From the NCBI RefSeq assembly GCF_037042905.1, contig NC_087245.1, positions 22,136,001 through 22,200,000 on the forward strand: a stretch of DNA of 64,000 bases, read 5' to 3'. This DNA is from Lytechinus pictus (Eukaryota). Below are positions 51,662 through 64,000 of this stretch, one piece after another (the first letter of the stretch is position 1; each line of letters opens with the position of its first letter). The notes under the pieces are model-generated. The model did not search any database and was not told the origin of the DNA. It saw only the letters and a program-made list of their open reading frames with translations. The translations under genes were made by a program, and so were the position numbers.

Positions 51662-54600
51662 ATTCGTTTCCTTTTGTCCCAAGTTTGAATTCCGCAATAA
51701 CTCCTCCGACACTGAGGAAATGTTATATCAAGCCGCAGTGTTCAAAATGTCCAGTTTAGGATAAATTCCAAAATTATAACTTTGAGACAGTTAAAAACGG
51801 TCTTTCATCGACTTCCAAATTACTTATTCAGGGATGTAACATTGATATATTCACTAACATTGGTATAACCGAAGTATCACTCCTCCAGCAGCATCCAATA
51901 TAGTGAGAAGTTTACAAGTATTAAGCTAGGTTATATAAGGAGAAAGAGAGTTGTGAACAAGGAGCATAACTGTATGTGGTGATTTCCCCGGACGATGACT
52001 GCAATGTGAAAATGTTGCACGGAATGCACCAATGTTATCCAGTGGCAGTGTTGTTTCCCATCAAGCACCAGTCAAGTTCACGATGTATTGTGTTATTTGT
52101 GTAGCGCGTTATCTCTGGTCTAGGTCTCTGATCCTTACTGCATACGGAATCTATCCGCATCCTATAGCCTGGTAACCGGGAAACACCAAGCAGCTGAGAG
52201 TTGATTTGGAATCAAATAACCTATGTCGATTTACGATCAGTTTTGTGACTGGTACTTCAGCACGCTAACTACAAAAGACATATGATCCTCCAGCGGAGCA
52301 TGCGTGTTTATATTACGACTACCCCATACAATATAGGCGAAGGTGAAACCGTTTTTAGGAGATACGAGCTTGAAATGCCTGGTATCTAAAATCGAAATCC
52401 ACGATAAAAGTATACTTGTCAACATTTTGTTGTATGATCAAATAGGTATTTATCAGTTTGATATTCGTTATGTGATTTGGAATTATTAGTCTCCAAATAT
52501 AATATAACCATAATTATCAAGGCCGGGTGGGTGTGTCGGCGACCGTGACACTGATTCGATAGAAGTTGGTCCCTAAATCCCATGGCCCTAACCTCCTTTA
52601 GGATGGTACAAGGAAGGGGACTATAGCTCAATCACCTCAATGGTGTAAATCCGGTCCGAGTAGTGGGGGATGATAGCAATATTGACATGAAAATTCAAAA
52701 CTTGGGGGACATCCAAAACACGGGGGTATATGACCGTATACATAATACTACCACATTGTTCACTTTATAGACCTATATCACAAATTTATTTCGATGACTA
52801 TTGTATTTTTTGTTGTTGAATTATTGACTAATGGCAGTTATAACTATTCGAGAAAACGAAGCGAGCGAGCAATTTTTCAGTAGTTTGAAGACAGAATGGT
52901 GTCCATAAACATATACGGAGGTATAACCGTGTACAATACTCCCATCTTTCACTTTTGGTGATTATGGGCTGTTACGTTTTTCTTTTTCGATGGCTATTGC
53001 CCGGGGCTATTGTAATGGTTTTGTAGTGATGTAAACTACTTAATTGCAGTTCATATCCTAATGCAAGCGAGCGAAACGAGCGAGGAAATTTTCTGTATTT
53101 GAAAGAACGAAAGAATGATGTCCAAAAGAGTCTTTCATAATGAATATGAGGCGAGTGAGCATAGTGAGCGAGCCTTGAAATAGGTGCCTCGGTCTTGAAA
53201 AACAACGTGTATATATTACAGAGCACGATAGGGGTAAGTTATCAAAGAAACGAAAACTCTACAAGAAAAGGAAAAAAAAGAAGTATAAAGTTCTTATTCC
53301 AGAAAGAGCAAATAAGGATTAAACAGTTGAGATTTGTTCAATGAAAACACATTTGCTCACTGATGAGAGGTGGGATGAGAATGAAAAAAATGAATCATGG
53401 TTATCGGTAACAAGGCTGCCTCATAAAAATGTTTTAGGCCATCACAGGCCATAATATAAATTAAGAAAAAAAACCTAAAACGTGAAAATGGTACAATGAT
53501 GCAAATGAAAAGGAAAAGATCACAGAAAGGAAAGGTTTTGAATAATCTTTAAGATTATATTTGGAGATGATGTAACATTCAAAATTTTGAGCAAAATTCA
53601 TATTTGAAATATTTATTTTATTAGATTATTATATTAATTCATGTAATTTAAAATATCCTGTAAAATTGATGAAATTGTAAAGGTATGTGGGAAAGAATTA
53701 CTGTCCTAACATGCGCTAAGTGTTTTAACGGCATTGGCGGCATTGATTTTGATCAATGTCGACAACTCATCGTAGTAATCCATCACTTTATTTAGCAATC
53801 AATTTGTTAAAAACAAACAAAGAAGAACAGGGTACGCCTTGTTTTGTATAATTCAGTTACCCCCGCTTCCACAAAGATACCAGGATATGACCCCCCCAAA
53901 AAAAAAAAAAATTAAAGGTATTAAGGGTTGTTTTCATTTGATTCGTTCTTTATAAAAGTCATGGAATCGTATATTTATAAATGGACTTATTATAACCATA
54001 CTCCCATGATGCAGCGGATATAAGCTTTGCAATAAACTAAACGTAGAGATTTGCCATGGCCAAATTTTTGTAAGAATAGAGTGAGCGCGGGAGCGGAGCG
54101 ACCGCGCGAGAAATTTTGTGTTTTTAGAATGCAAAATTAGTAGTAAGTAATAATAATGATAAGGGAAAAAAAATCGTTCTTGTCTTGAAAAGTGTGGGGG
54201 GGGTGGATGATTGTATATGCCACCCCGAAAAGTGCGGGGGATATATCCCCCATCCCCCGGGATTTACGCCCGTGGGCTACAGTAAGTCCCTGTTAATGTA
54301 GGCCTACTCCGTGTAAACACCGCATTTTATCAAGTTCAGTGATGAGCTTTGCATCAGGATGAGATTCCGCACATATGACGTATACTGTGCGGAGGTCATG
54401 CGAACAGGTCGCGGGGATCTTGAAAATAACTTAGATTTAGGAGAAAAGTTCACGTTCTCGATTTAGGGGGTCACACCCCTTTATAATGATTGAACCAATG
54501 TATCGAAAACAACCGATCAAAACGATCCAGGCATGAGAGTAAATTATCGAAATCATGATAATACAAAAAAAACACCACATGAAACAGAATAACCAGATCG

Positions 54601-57600
54601 AGTGATTTATTTTATGATGGAACGTCAGCATGAAAAGGGAAAAAATAATAGGGGAAATGTTTTACTAGAATTTTGTCATTTTTAGCTTTAATTTTGTCGT
54701 TGTGTAGATAACTGTGTTATTAATTTATTCAAATATTTATTTATTCTTGAATTCATTTTTCAATGAAAATATACGTAATTGATGTATTCATTCATCCATC
54801 TTTTTATTTATGTAGGCCTCTGTTTATTTCATTTGCACGGTACTAATACTGATTTTTATTCTTTTATTTTTTATCATGTTAATTAACACCCGCGGCTGCC
54901 GCGTACACCTTCTGGCACTTGTAAAAGTATTTACATAAATATTTTCATAAATGACATTTACACTGAAGTTAATCTGCTTATAACAACTCCATTAAACAAG
55001 TATAACATGCGCTTAATTTGCATCGAGTACAGTCTGAAAAAAAAAACGATATGGGGGTGTGGGAATAAAGAGCAAAAAGTATGGGCTATTTAACGGTGAC
55101 GGGAAAGAGTGAGTTATGACTAGTCTATTTTTAACTCATCACGAAGGTAAATCACTATTCTGAATTTACTTTTCAAGAGCACATCTGTTAAATATATATA
55201 TGCCCTCATGCGGGGTGGGGCTAGTAACAGTATAAAAAAGTGTATTCCCATTGTTTTTAGAGAATATGACATTTTTTGGGGAGGGGGGGTATAACGGAGG
55301 GCAGAATGGAACCTCGATGATATATAATTTGTAATTATCAACCATTATCCTAATGAATCAAGTTCGTTAGAAGTCAAACAACGTGATTAACTTTTTAAAA
55401 ATGTATTCAATCGTATAGCGTTTTAGCCCAACAAAGGGGTTTCTCTGTCTCTGCTAAGTACCCTTTAATAATGGGTTAAGCGTAGGGTTCCATTTATGAG
55501 TAAGACTGGCAAGTGTATTCAGTGTTGAGAAACAATCACCAATATTGTCTACAGAGCGCATAGTCCAAAGAACACATTTGTATCAATTTACAGGTTAAGA
55601 TAAAGATTAATCAAGGCGTTTCCGAAAGTGCATTGTGTCATGTGTAATTTAGTAAGTCTCGATAACATGAAATCTATGATATCACTGAACAAAGAGGGGA
55701 GTTAGAGTCGAATGAATACAAAGATAAGGTTTGGAGATAACGCTCAAGAACAGACCAATAAAAACAGGTAGCATTAACAAAAAGGTGGTATATAATAAGC
55801 ACTAATCGATTGGGACTGCCCCGGTCAGGTCATTCCGGTTAGAGTTGTAGATTGCAACACAGTGTCTTGTTTGTCAGACGATGAGTAAACATAAAATAAT
55901 AATATACGCTATATATTTGACCATGTGTAGCAGTTTGTGATTACACGAGGGCGCTACTGAAGGGGGCAGGGGCGTGCGTTCGCCCCTATATGATTTCAAG
56001 AAGTAAAGTAAGGGGATACCACCCCCTGTGATTATCTACAGCTATATATGCACATTGGTCGCACGTTAACTTGAAGCATAATACTCTGCTAGAAGAGAAC
56101 GAACGTGTATAGTTATTTTACAGATAATGCTTTAAAAACATTGTGTAATAAGATTATATTTTACAAAACATAACACCATTGTTCTTCTTAAGAATGTTAA
56201 AGAGGAGACTACGACCAATAGCTTGCAAGGTTTTTGTTTTGTGTGTGTGATTTGGTGTAACTAGTTTATTGAACACCATTTCTTTAGACGAGACCATTGA
56301 ACTTAATTCCATTTATTTCATATGACTTCCTCTCACTGAATTTGGTGATAAAAATATTCAAGTCTCGAGTAGGTCCATTTTCTAATGAAAAGTGATGTAT
56401 CTTTATGACGCCAGGGGCAAACGGGGGCAAACATTAAAACTGACCCCTTGTATATTAATAATAAAGTTTCTAAGTTTGCTTAATTTCACTCATTTTCTTT
56501 TCCTCTTTTTCATTTCTGGACCCCCTTCAAATGGCCTTCCTCATTGGTTACATTTTGCCAAATAAGATGATATTTAGTCTTTACCAAATTAATGCTGCAA
56601 GCTTTGAATCCCGATTATGCCTATATGTAAATTGTAATTTCAGAACTCTCTCACTGGCGCAAAATTCTGTGATTCTGAGAGATATCATGTGAGGTAGCAA
56701 AGCAACCGAGCTTTACCAATTTGTGCCCTTTAGTCGAATCCTATAAAGACTCGTTTTGATATAATATTCTTAAATTAAAAAGCGCATGCAACAATCCTCT
56801 TAATATTATTATTTGTTAATTTAAGTTCTTCCTCATTTTTCATTTATCTCTTTTTTTATTTGTTTTGTTTTGTTTGCATTATCTCAAATTTTTGGGGAGG
56901 GACATTATCGATATCATAAAGAAATTACTGAACATAAATTCCCTAAAAAGAATCGTCATTGAGCAAATATCCACATTTTATGACATATACCCATATAATA
57001 AAGTAATCATTATTTCAAATAAAGGTAAAGAATGCTCGAACTTTTTGAAGTATCGTGGTCCATTATTGGTCATAAAGCACCTGCGTTACTTGAGATTTCC
57101 TTATCGGAATGGGTTTCACTCTAGTATCTTTACGCAGCATAAATTATCTAGATAATAACTTAAATTGCATATTCTTTTGACCTTATAAATATAATGCACA
57201 TCTTGCCAAACAAATACTAGAGCAAAAACGAAAGCTCTTTTTTTTATATGAACCTGAAATCGGGACATTTCAATAAGCACTTTTTGCAATCATCAATATG
57301 GTGCTAAGGCCTTTTTTTTAATCTATATTATAAACTTTTGCGCTTAGCGCGAGCTGAAACTTTTCATACATATCATTGTCCAGAAAAGGGACCATTTCAA
57401 GGACTGAATGATATCCCACGTTTTGGATTCTTATTCAAGAATTTGAAAAATCACTCTCAGTTTTCGAAGTATCGTGGTCCTTTAATGGTCATAAGCACAT
57501 TTTTTTACTTGAAATTTTCTCATTTTGATAAGTTTGATTCTAGTATTCTTCATTCGTATATGAGATAACAAACAACCAAATTTCAGCATAACACAATGAA

Positions 57601-58537
57601 AAGGAGTCCAGTAAATTTCACACTGTTGGGGCAAATGTAAAATATCTAGAATTTCATGTGATAAAATACTAAGGAAAAGTGACAGTTTGGTCATTAGCTA
57701 ATTTCATTTGCCCAAGTCTACGTTATTCATCATACGCTTTATGCTAATATTGCTAGACATGATTGTATATTGTTATATATTTGTAATTCACATCGTTCGA
57801 CAAGGCTTCACTTGTTTGTCAACCTGTTCCCTCAACAATTGAATAAAATCAACTTTACTGATATTTTGAATGGACTTGATTTGTAAGAGGGATAACAGCC
57901 CACTTTATATTCGACTCCTCCCAACAGGATGCTCGCCAGTCTCCCGCCCAAGCAGTGCTGACTGTGCCATTGGCGAACCTGAACATCATTCTGACAGAAA
58001 AAGAGGAATATTATACTTTTTGCCCCTGGTCAATACAGCATAATCTATATGGAAAAGAATGTGTTTTTGTGAATGGAGCGAGGAAAAGTGGGAGAAAATG
58101 GGTGAACCATGTTTTTCTCGTCAAGTCCGTGACCTGATAAACTCGAGGATTTCAGGGTTCATATCGTTTGGCCTATCAACCCCCACGCATATTGAGTAGT
58201 TTCGTTTGATGAAGTAGCCCAGCCCAGTTATGTTGGGTAAATTTTACATTTTTTAGCATTCGAGATCATTTATCAGGTTTCTCTCATATCAACCCATGCT
58301 TCTGTCAAAATATGTGCACTTAGTGGCCGTTTATTGGTACATGAACTAGATCATCCGCCCCCTTTCCACTACCATGCACCGCTCTATCACTACCCCTCTC
58401 TTGTTCTTATTCTCTCCCCCTCCCTTCTTCATCTGCCCTCTCTTCCTATTTCTCACTCTCTCACATTTTCTCTTTAATTTACTCATGCCTCCCACTATCT
58501 CTCATTCTCCCTCTATCCCACCATTATCTGTTTTCTG

Positions 58538-58736
58538 CACTTCCATTAAATGTTGGGCAACATACTGTCCACACAACAATTGGTTAAACAATTTATCCAA
58601 CTCTGGGTAGTTTTCAACCAATACTGTGTAGTTTTCACCCAAAGCACACATTATTGGATTAAAACTACCCAGAATTGGATAGAGTTTTAACCAATTGTTG
58701 TGTGGACAGTATGTTGCCCAACATATTTTAAGAGTG
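58538..58736. mobile_element. Same hairpin MITE, copy 2
   Basis: Near-identical to 48589-48784, with TG flanks. Confidence 0.85.
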
Positions 58737-61598
58737 TGTCAATCATGCCCTTCTCACCTCTATCTCTCCTTCTCAGTCATTCTTCTATCTTTCTCTTTCT
58801 TCTCTTCATCTCTCTCCTTCCCCTTTTCTTCCTCATTCCTCTCATACACGCAAGTGACTGGATTGTTGTTGCACATTATCATTTTTTGGCATTCTTGTTA
58901 GTGTAATACATAAAGTGTTTTATACTCCGTAACCCAAATTCTCCCAACTCTCAATACACAGTGAAACTCAAGAATGACAATGACATTATTCATAAAATAT
59001 CATGGTGATGGATTATCCCCGGGGATTATCATTGCTTTATTCACCACTTACCCCCAAAAGACATGGTAGAGTGCAACCATCTATTGTTCCTGCATGTTAC
59101 TGTGTCATTCACAGTCCTAATAAGAAACCATTATGGTAAGTTTGAAGTTTACAAATCATACATGTGACCATTACTAACTGGATGATATTCAATCATAATA
59201 GCAACTTCTACGAAGCTAGCCCAAATCAAATTCATTTACAATGAAGGACAGACGCCCAAGTCACAAGTTTGCACAAGAGACAATAAGACAGAGGGGAAAA
59301 ACAAAACACTTACAACATGTAACAAAATTAATCTACTCTGTTTCTGGCTTTTCACATTACACTACATCTGTGCAAGTTAACTTCAATATCTTGCCACAGT
59401 TCAATTTTACAATAACATGATTCATAAGTCACGTATTAATTACAGCCTATCAAATCACTATGCACACATTATTCTACTAGTATACAATGCAATTTGTTTT
59501 TGTTATTGCCCCTTTCCATATACAATGATATAGCACAGAGGTAAATAAGTTTATGTAATTATCTCTCATCACCAATATAATATGGTGAAATCCTTTCATA
59601 AACAACAACAGAAAAAATAGCACAGCTTTGATTCAGATAATTGCAGTCCAAATAATAAATTTACCATTTTTTTCAAACAGATCAGTGATTTAATAAATGT
59701 AGTTTTGTTTTCAATCGTTTATAATGCTGAAAACAGCTATTTTTTAGAATATAAAATATAAAGACAATTTCAAGTAAGATAACATCACATTTTAAAAAAA
59801 TTCCGAAAACAGTTCCCACTTGATTTTAAAAACACATTCAGGAAGTAAAAAGATGAAAGATGTCAGAGATTTGAAGAGGTAAAGACAGAGTCTGTTCTCA
59901 CTGGTGCAAATATTATTACACATGTGGTGTACATCCCTACATCTCCTCCTTCCTCTCATATTAAAGAGAGATAGCAGTAGTGATTTTTCAGATTGTGTTC
60001 ATTGATTATTACAATGTGAACAATGTAATTGTCAGTAAAAGGTACTACTGCTATTCTATCAAAAAATAATAACTGGCTTGTTCTCCACAGAAGACAGTTT
60101 TAAAACACCAATGGGAACAGAAATGGAAATTTCAGTCGACAGATAGATTACAAAAATTATAAAAAGATTACAATTTCATAGATGATTGTTATACATGATA
60201 TAAATGATTGTTTCAAAAATAGTTTGATTGTATTACTGTAAACATGATTTGCAAATATCTTTGATAGCCACTGTTTGCCAAGGTATGAAGTGAAAATATA
60301 TAAATATAAATTTCTCTCTTTTAAAATTCATTTGTATACTTTCTTTATAAGTCTGTGACATTATTGAATAATTAAATTTCATTTTCTGTTATAAATGGCA
60401 TTAATATAAATACAAAATTGATAAAGCACTTTGGGTTGAATTATCTAATGAAAGACCCCATATAACATCTCAAATTGAATATCTTTTATCAAAAGTTGAT
60501 CCACTTATTAAGTTGTGAACAGGGGATTTCTGTTAACATTTTTAATACCTTTCCAATTACATCACCTGTTGACATTAAATCATGCACTGATACATATTTA
60601 TGATCACAGAGCCCATGTGTAATAACATGCATGTATAGTTGAAAATTTTACTCCATGAAATCTATTCATCATTTACTGTTTATTAACTTGGTTGCCATGG
60701 CAATACATGTAGTATGATGAATGACAGACATAAAAAAGATGACAGAAAAATATATGAAAAATACGAAACTGAAATATACACAGCACAGTCACACGATAAG
60801 GTAGGAAACTGAAATAAAATATTGTAATTATCTAACAGCAACCTAAGCAATTTTTTAATACTCGGAGCAAACTATATATATGCCTTGTTAGGACTACACA
60901 ATTGTTGCAGCAAATAAATTATATTTCATAACACAATGCAAAACTAACTATGCATTACTATCAGGTTTTTAGGTGGTTTCATACGGAAGGACTGATATGA
61001 AAGACTGGACAAGAGTATTAAGTAGAATTGTTTTCTTTGAATATCTGAGTAATATATTTTCCTGTAAAAGGGAAGTATCACTCTTTTATTAACTCTCATA
61101 TCGCTCATGTGAAATTCACATTTGATATTTTGAGGTTCTGTTTCTTTGTAAATTCTAAACATATCCACGATTAACACTAAATACATTTTTTAAAGTCTGG
61201 TCCATTAATGATTTAGTACCCCACATTGGTACCTTTAATTATCTTACTGAAACATAACTCTAAAGGTGTGAAGAGCATCAGCTAAGCTAGATCTCTACCG
61301 TCTACGCTGAACAGCGAAAGCACAACAAAAAGGTGGGCATAAGGATACGACAATAAACAATTTTTACAAGAGCCTCAAACATCTCTACATCCCCATGCGA
61401 TGGAGTTACACAAACCCCCTAACCCTTAAAAAACCTCATTGCATCTTGTCTAGGCACACCTCGACTGGAGGTGGGATTGAGGATTCAACTCACACTTCAT
61501 ATATATTAAAAGATTTCATCTTGCCTATAGATACGTGTCAGAAAAAAAAACATACATGTAATCTAAATATACACTGAATGTTGCTAGGACACTGTTGA

Positions 61599-61712
61599 TT
61601 AATACATGCCGGCTTTCTTTTTCAGATTGTCTTGTTTCCACTTGGGAATCGTGGCGTATTTCTCATAAGGCATACCAAAGAGCTTCTCAAAATCTTCCTT
61701 TGACAGGTATTT
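61599..61712 (-). CDS. Headpiece protein terminal exon (HP35)
   Basis: 114 nt ending in TAA; conserved aromatic core and Trp. Confidence 0.92.
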   Translation of the reverse strand, partial: KYLSKEDFEKLFGMPYEKYATIPKWKQDNLKKKAGMY

Positions 61713-61764
61713 CTGTAGATACAGATATAGAATTGGTGAGAGAGATGCAAATAGACATAAGAAT

Positions 61765-61799
<35 letters not shown>

Positions 61800-62546
61800 G
61801 GAATGAGATACAAGGATGAAAACAAAACAGGAGTTAATTGGTTAAAATTTCATTTTAAAGTCATTTCACGAAGTACATTTTACTTAAGCTTAATTTCGGT
61901 TTCACAGAAAACCTTGAAAAGTTTGGATCAGCTCCTTAATGATTAAAAGGTAGCTACATCATCATTATGATCAAGAATTACTTTCATATTATACAGCTAT
62001 GGGGAGGAGGGAGGGGTTGTTCAATAGCCAAATTTCCAATGAAAAAAAATGTCACCATTGAAAAATTTACAATTCATTAAACTATGAAGAACCTCAATTT
62101 GTATGATTTCAGTGTTGTAACTTTGCCATTATAGCAACTACATGGTAACCTTGATTTTGATTGGCTGCTGAGCCCCGTTACCATGGTAGTTACCATAATG
62201 GCAAAGTTACAATTACTTGTAACTCTTTATGAAACGGGCCCCTGAAGTTTAAATCATTTTTTATAACCCTTTGAATATATGGTTATAACTGAAGTGAATA
62301 TTAATTGTATCGCTTATCGTTTGACTGTACAATATACATGTAGGTTTTTTTTATACCTTAAGTACTACTTTATCTCAATACCAAATCAATAAATAGCAGA
62401 GGAAATGCACTTGAAAATTGCAAATGTGAATTCCTTACTTCTTTCTTGCTGGCATTGATTCCTTCTGGAGGTTCCTTGGCCTTTAGTTGATCAAGGGAAT
62501 ACTTGGGACAGTTCTCAAAACTGTCTTCTTGTTCTTCAGCCGCTTT
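61599..62546 (-). CDS. Villin-type headpiece protein (villin/advillin-like), last two exons join(62439..62546,61599..61712); gene continues beyond the window
   Basis: KAAEEQEDSFENCPKYSLDQLKAKEPPEGINASKKE|KYLSKEDFEKLFGMPYEKYATIPKWKQDNLKKKAGMY*. This matches the HP35 pattern LSxEDFxxxFGM...PxWKQxNLKK; the intron is GT-AG, phase 0. Confidence 0.9.
62439..62546 (-). CDS. Headpiece protein penultimate exon
   Basis: 108 nt; acceptor TACAG|, donor GAA|GTAAGG; headpiece N-terminal subdomain. Confidence 0.85.
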
Positions 62547-62574
62547 CTGTATCCAGTTCAGACAAAAGAGGGTG

Positions 62575-62775
62575 TGAGAGAGAGGGGGGAGAGAGAGAGA
62601 AAAACAGAGAGAGAAAGAGAGGGATAATGAGATAGAGGGAGAGACAGATACAGAGATACAGAGAGAAAGTGGAAGAGCAAAGAAGGCAGGGATAAAGAGA
62701 AAAAGAATGGGATAGAGAAAGACAAAGAAAGGGAGAGAATGTGAGAGATGGAGAGAGAAAGAAAGAAAGGAAGGT
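62575..62775. repeat. (GA)-rich low-complexity tract (polypyrimidine on the gene strand)
   Basis: About 200 nt purine-rich tract just upstream of the headpiece exon acceptor; a shorter (GA)n lies at 61768-61797. Confidence 0.85.
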
Positions 62776-64000
62776 GGAAATATTTATCAGATGAAGTTAA
62801 AGTATAAATCTGATCGACAACATTTTACAATACAACAACTTGGGCCTGTTGCATATAGAAAGACTCTGGCATTTATTTCTACCAGAGTTTTTCAATGTGT
62901 TATTGTCAATGGCATATTTTTGTTTACAAGAGTTTTTTTTAAAGGCAAAAGTTTTATGCAACTGGCCCCTGGTATCTAATTGGCCATCACTTTTAACATC
63001 TTTGCATTTCAGTAATATATGGTTTGGGTGTACTTGTACTGTGCATTATCAAGAAATTAAAAGCTTGACACAACAAAAAATGAGAATGAGCTATAAAGAA
63101 CATGTAGTTCTACTACTTCTCAACATTCTCACACGTGGAAACATTAAATAACACTTTGATGAATAATAAAGATAACAAAGCAAAGGGGAAATACAATATG
63201 ACAGCATTGTGAAATTGTTGTAGTATATTATCATTGTGTATGACATTTATTAGAACACACACGTCTGCACACATCTCACAGGAAATATACTAATGCAAGT
63301 CACAACACGAATAACACGCACAAAAAATGTCATTAAGTTTGTTATCATACTGATAATGAAGTGTTAGTAAAGATATGAAACATCTTATGAAACAAGAACC
63401 AAAAGAGAACTATATAACATTACAAAAGGCAAAGGGTGTTACTCAAAGGGTAGTAATGAGGAATGAGGAAATTGATTTAAAATTTGAAGAAAAAAATGGT
63501 TTGGTATTCATACACAACTGGTATAAATGAAAGATGATTAATAACAGTATGAGGAAGGGAGTGGGTATTTATATTTTATTTTAAAGCTTGTAAGATATTT
63601 GTATTCTCTCCGCACAATGATTATTGCTACAACAATAATAAATTGCAAAATGATTTTCCACTTTAATGAAAAACGGACAAAGGCCAGTGTTTTATAGACA
63701 TATTGTTACCCCAAGTATCAGATTCTTGACTTCCTACTTCTGATAGACGTGTGTGTGCACTTCACCACCTCCAGTCCTAAACTACTCAAATTTTCCTTGA
63801 TTTCTAGCACAGAGTGCAACATTTTGATTGTGTAGTCTTATAACCATATCCTAACTAAACAAATAATTATTTATTCCCTTCTTTTTACACCATTCGTACT
63901 GCAAATACCTTGCCAGAGAACTAAATATTAAAGTATGCTACCAAACATTTTTGTTTTCCAATAAAGATAATATGGCCAGGATAATCTAAACCCAAATCAA

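Noticed and set aside
51931..51937. TATATAA about 270 bp upstream of the mucin ATG
   Set aside because: Expected by chance in AT-rich DNA, with no TSS evidence and intervening upstream ATGs.
63705..63810. Possible further exon of the headpiece gene
   Set aside because: The AG/GT pairs I tried gave stops or a phase incompatible with the phase-0 acceptor at 62546.

Overview
This is AT-rich, intron-containing metazoan genomic DNA; the repeat content suggests a marine invertebrate, probably an echinoderm such as a sea urchin (inference). I assembled three spliced genes by hand, all on the minus strand, and the ORF track largely misses them. (1) NDUFB3, a complex I subunit of 89 aa in 2 exons; its 11.6-kb intron is a stack of nested transposons. 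(2) A complete 12-exon, 806-aa type-I membrane mucin: signal peptide, Thr-rich 17-aa repeats, SEA domain with GSVIV, EGF, TM and a ~190-aa tail, resembling vertebrate MUC3/12/17. (3) The last two exons of a villin-headpiece protein. The rest is mostly non-autonomous DNA transposons (hAT-, Tc1/mariner-, Mutator/foldback-, Harbinger-, CACTA-, Academ- and TTAA-type), a Helentron-type HINE, SINEs and microsatellites. The most notable observations are a mucin splice donor that appears to be supplied by a SINE, with a relic in-frame donor stranded 1.9 kb away; MUC17-like tail motifs and a MUC1-like 56-nt SEA exon in an invertebrate; and a foldback element whose symmetry extends into a nested hAT insertion. 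I found no CRISPR array, rRNA, intact transposase or prokaryote-type system.
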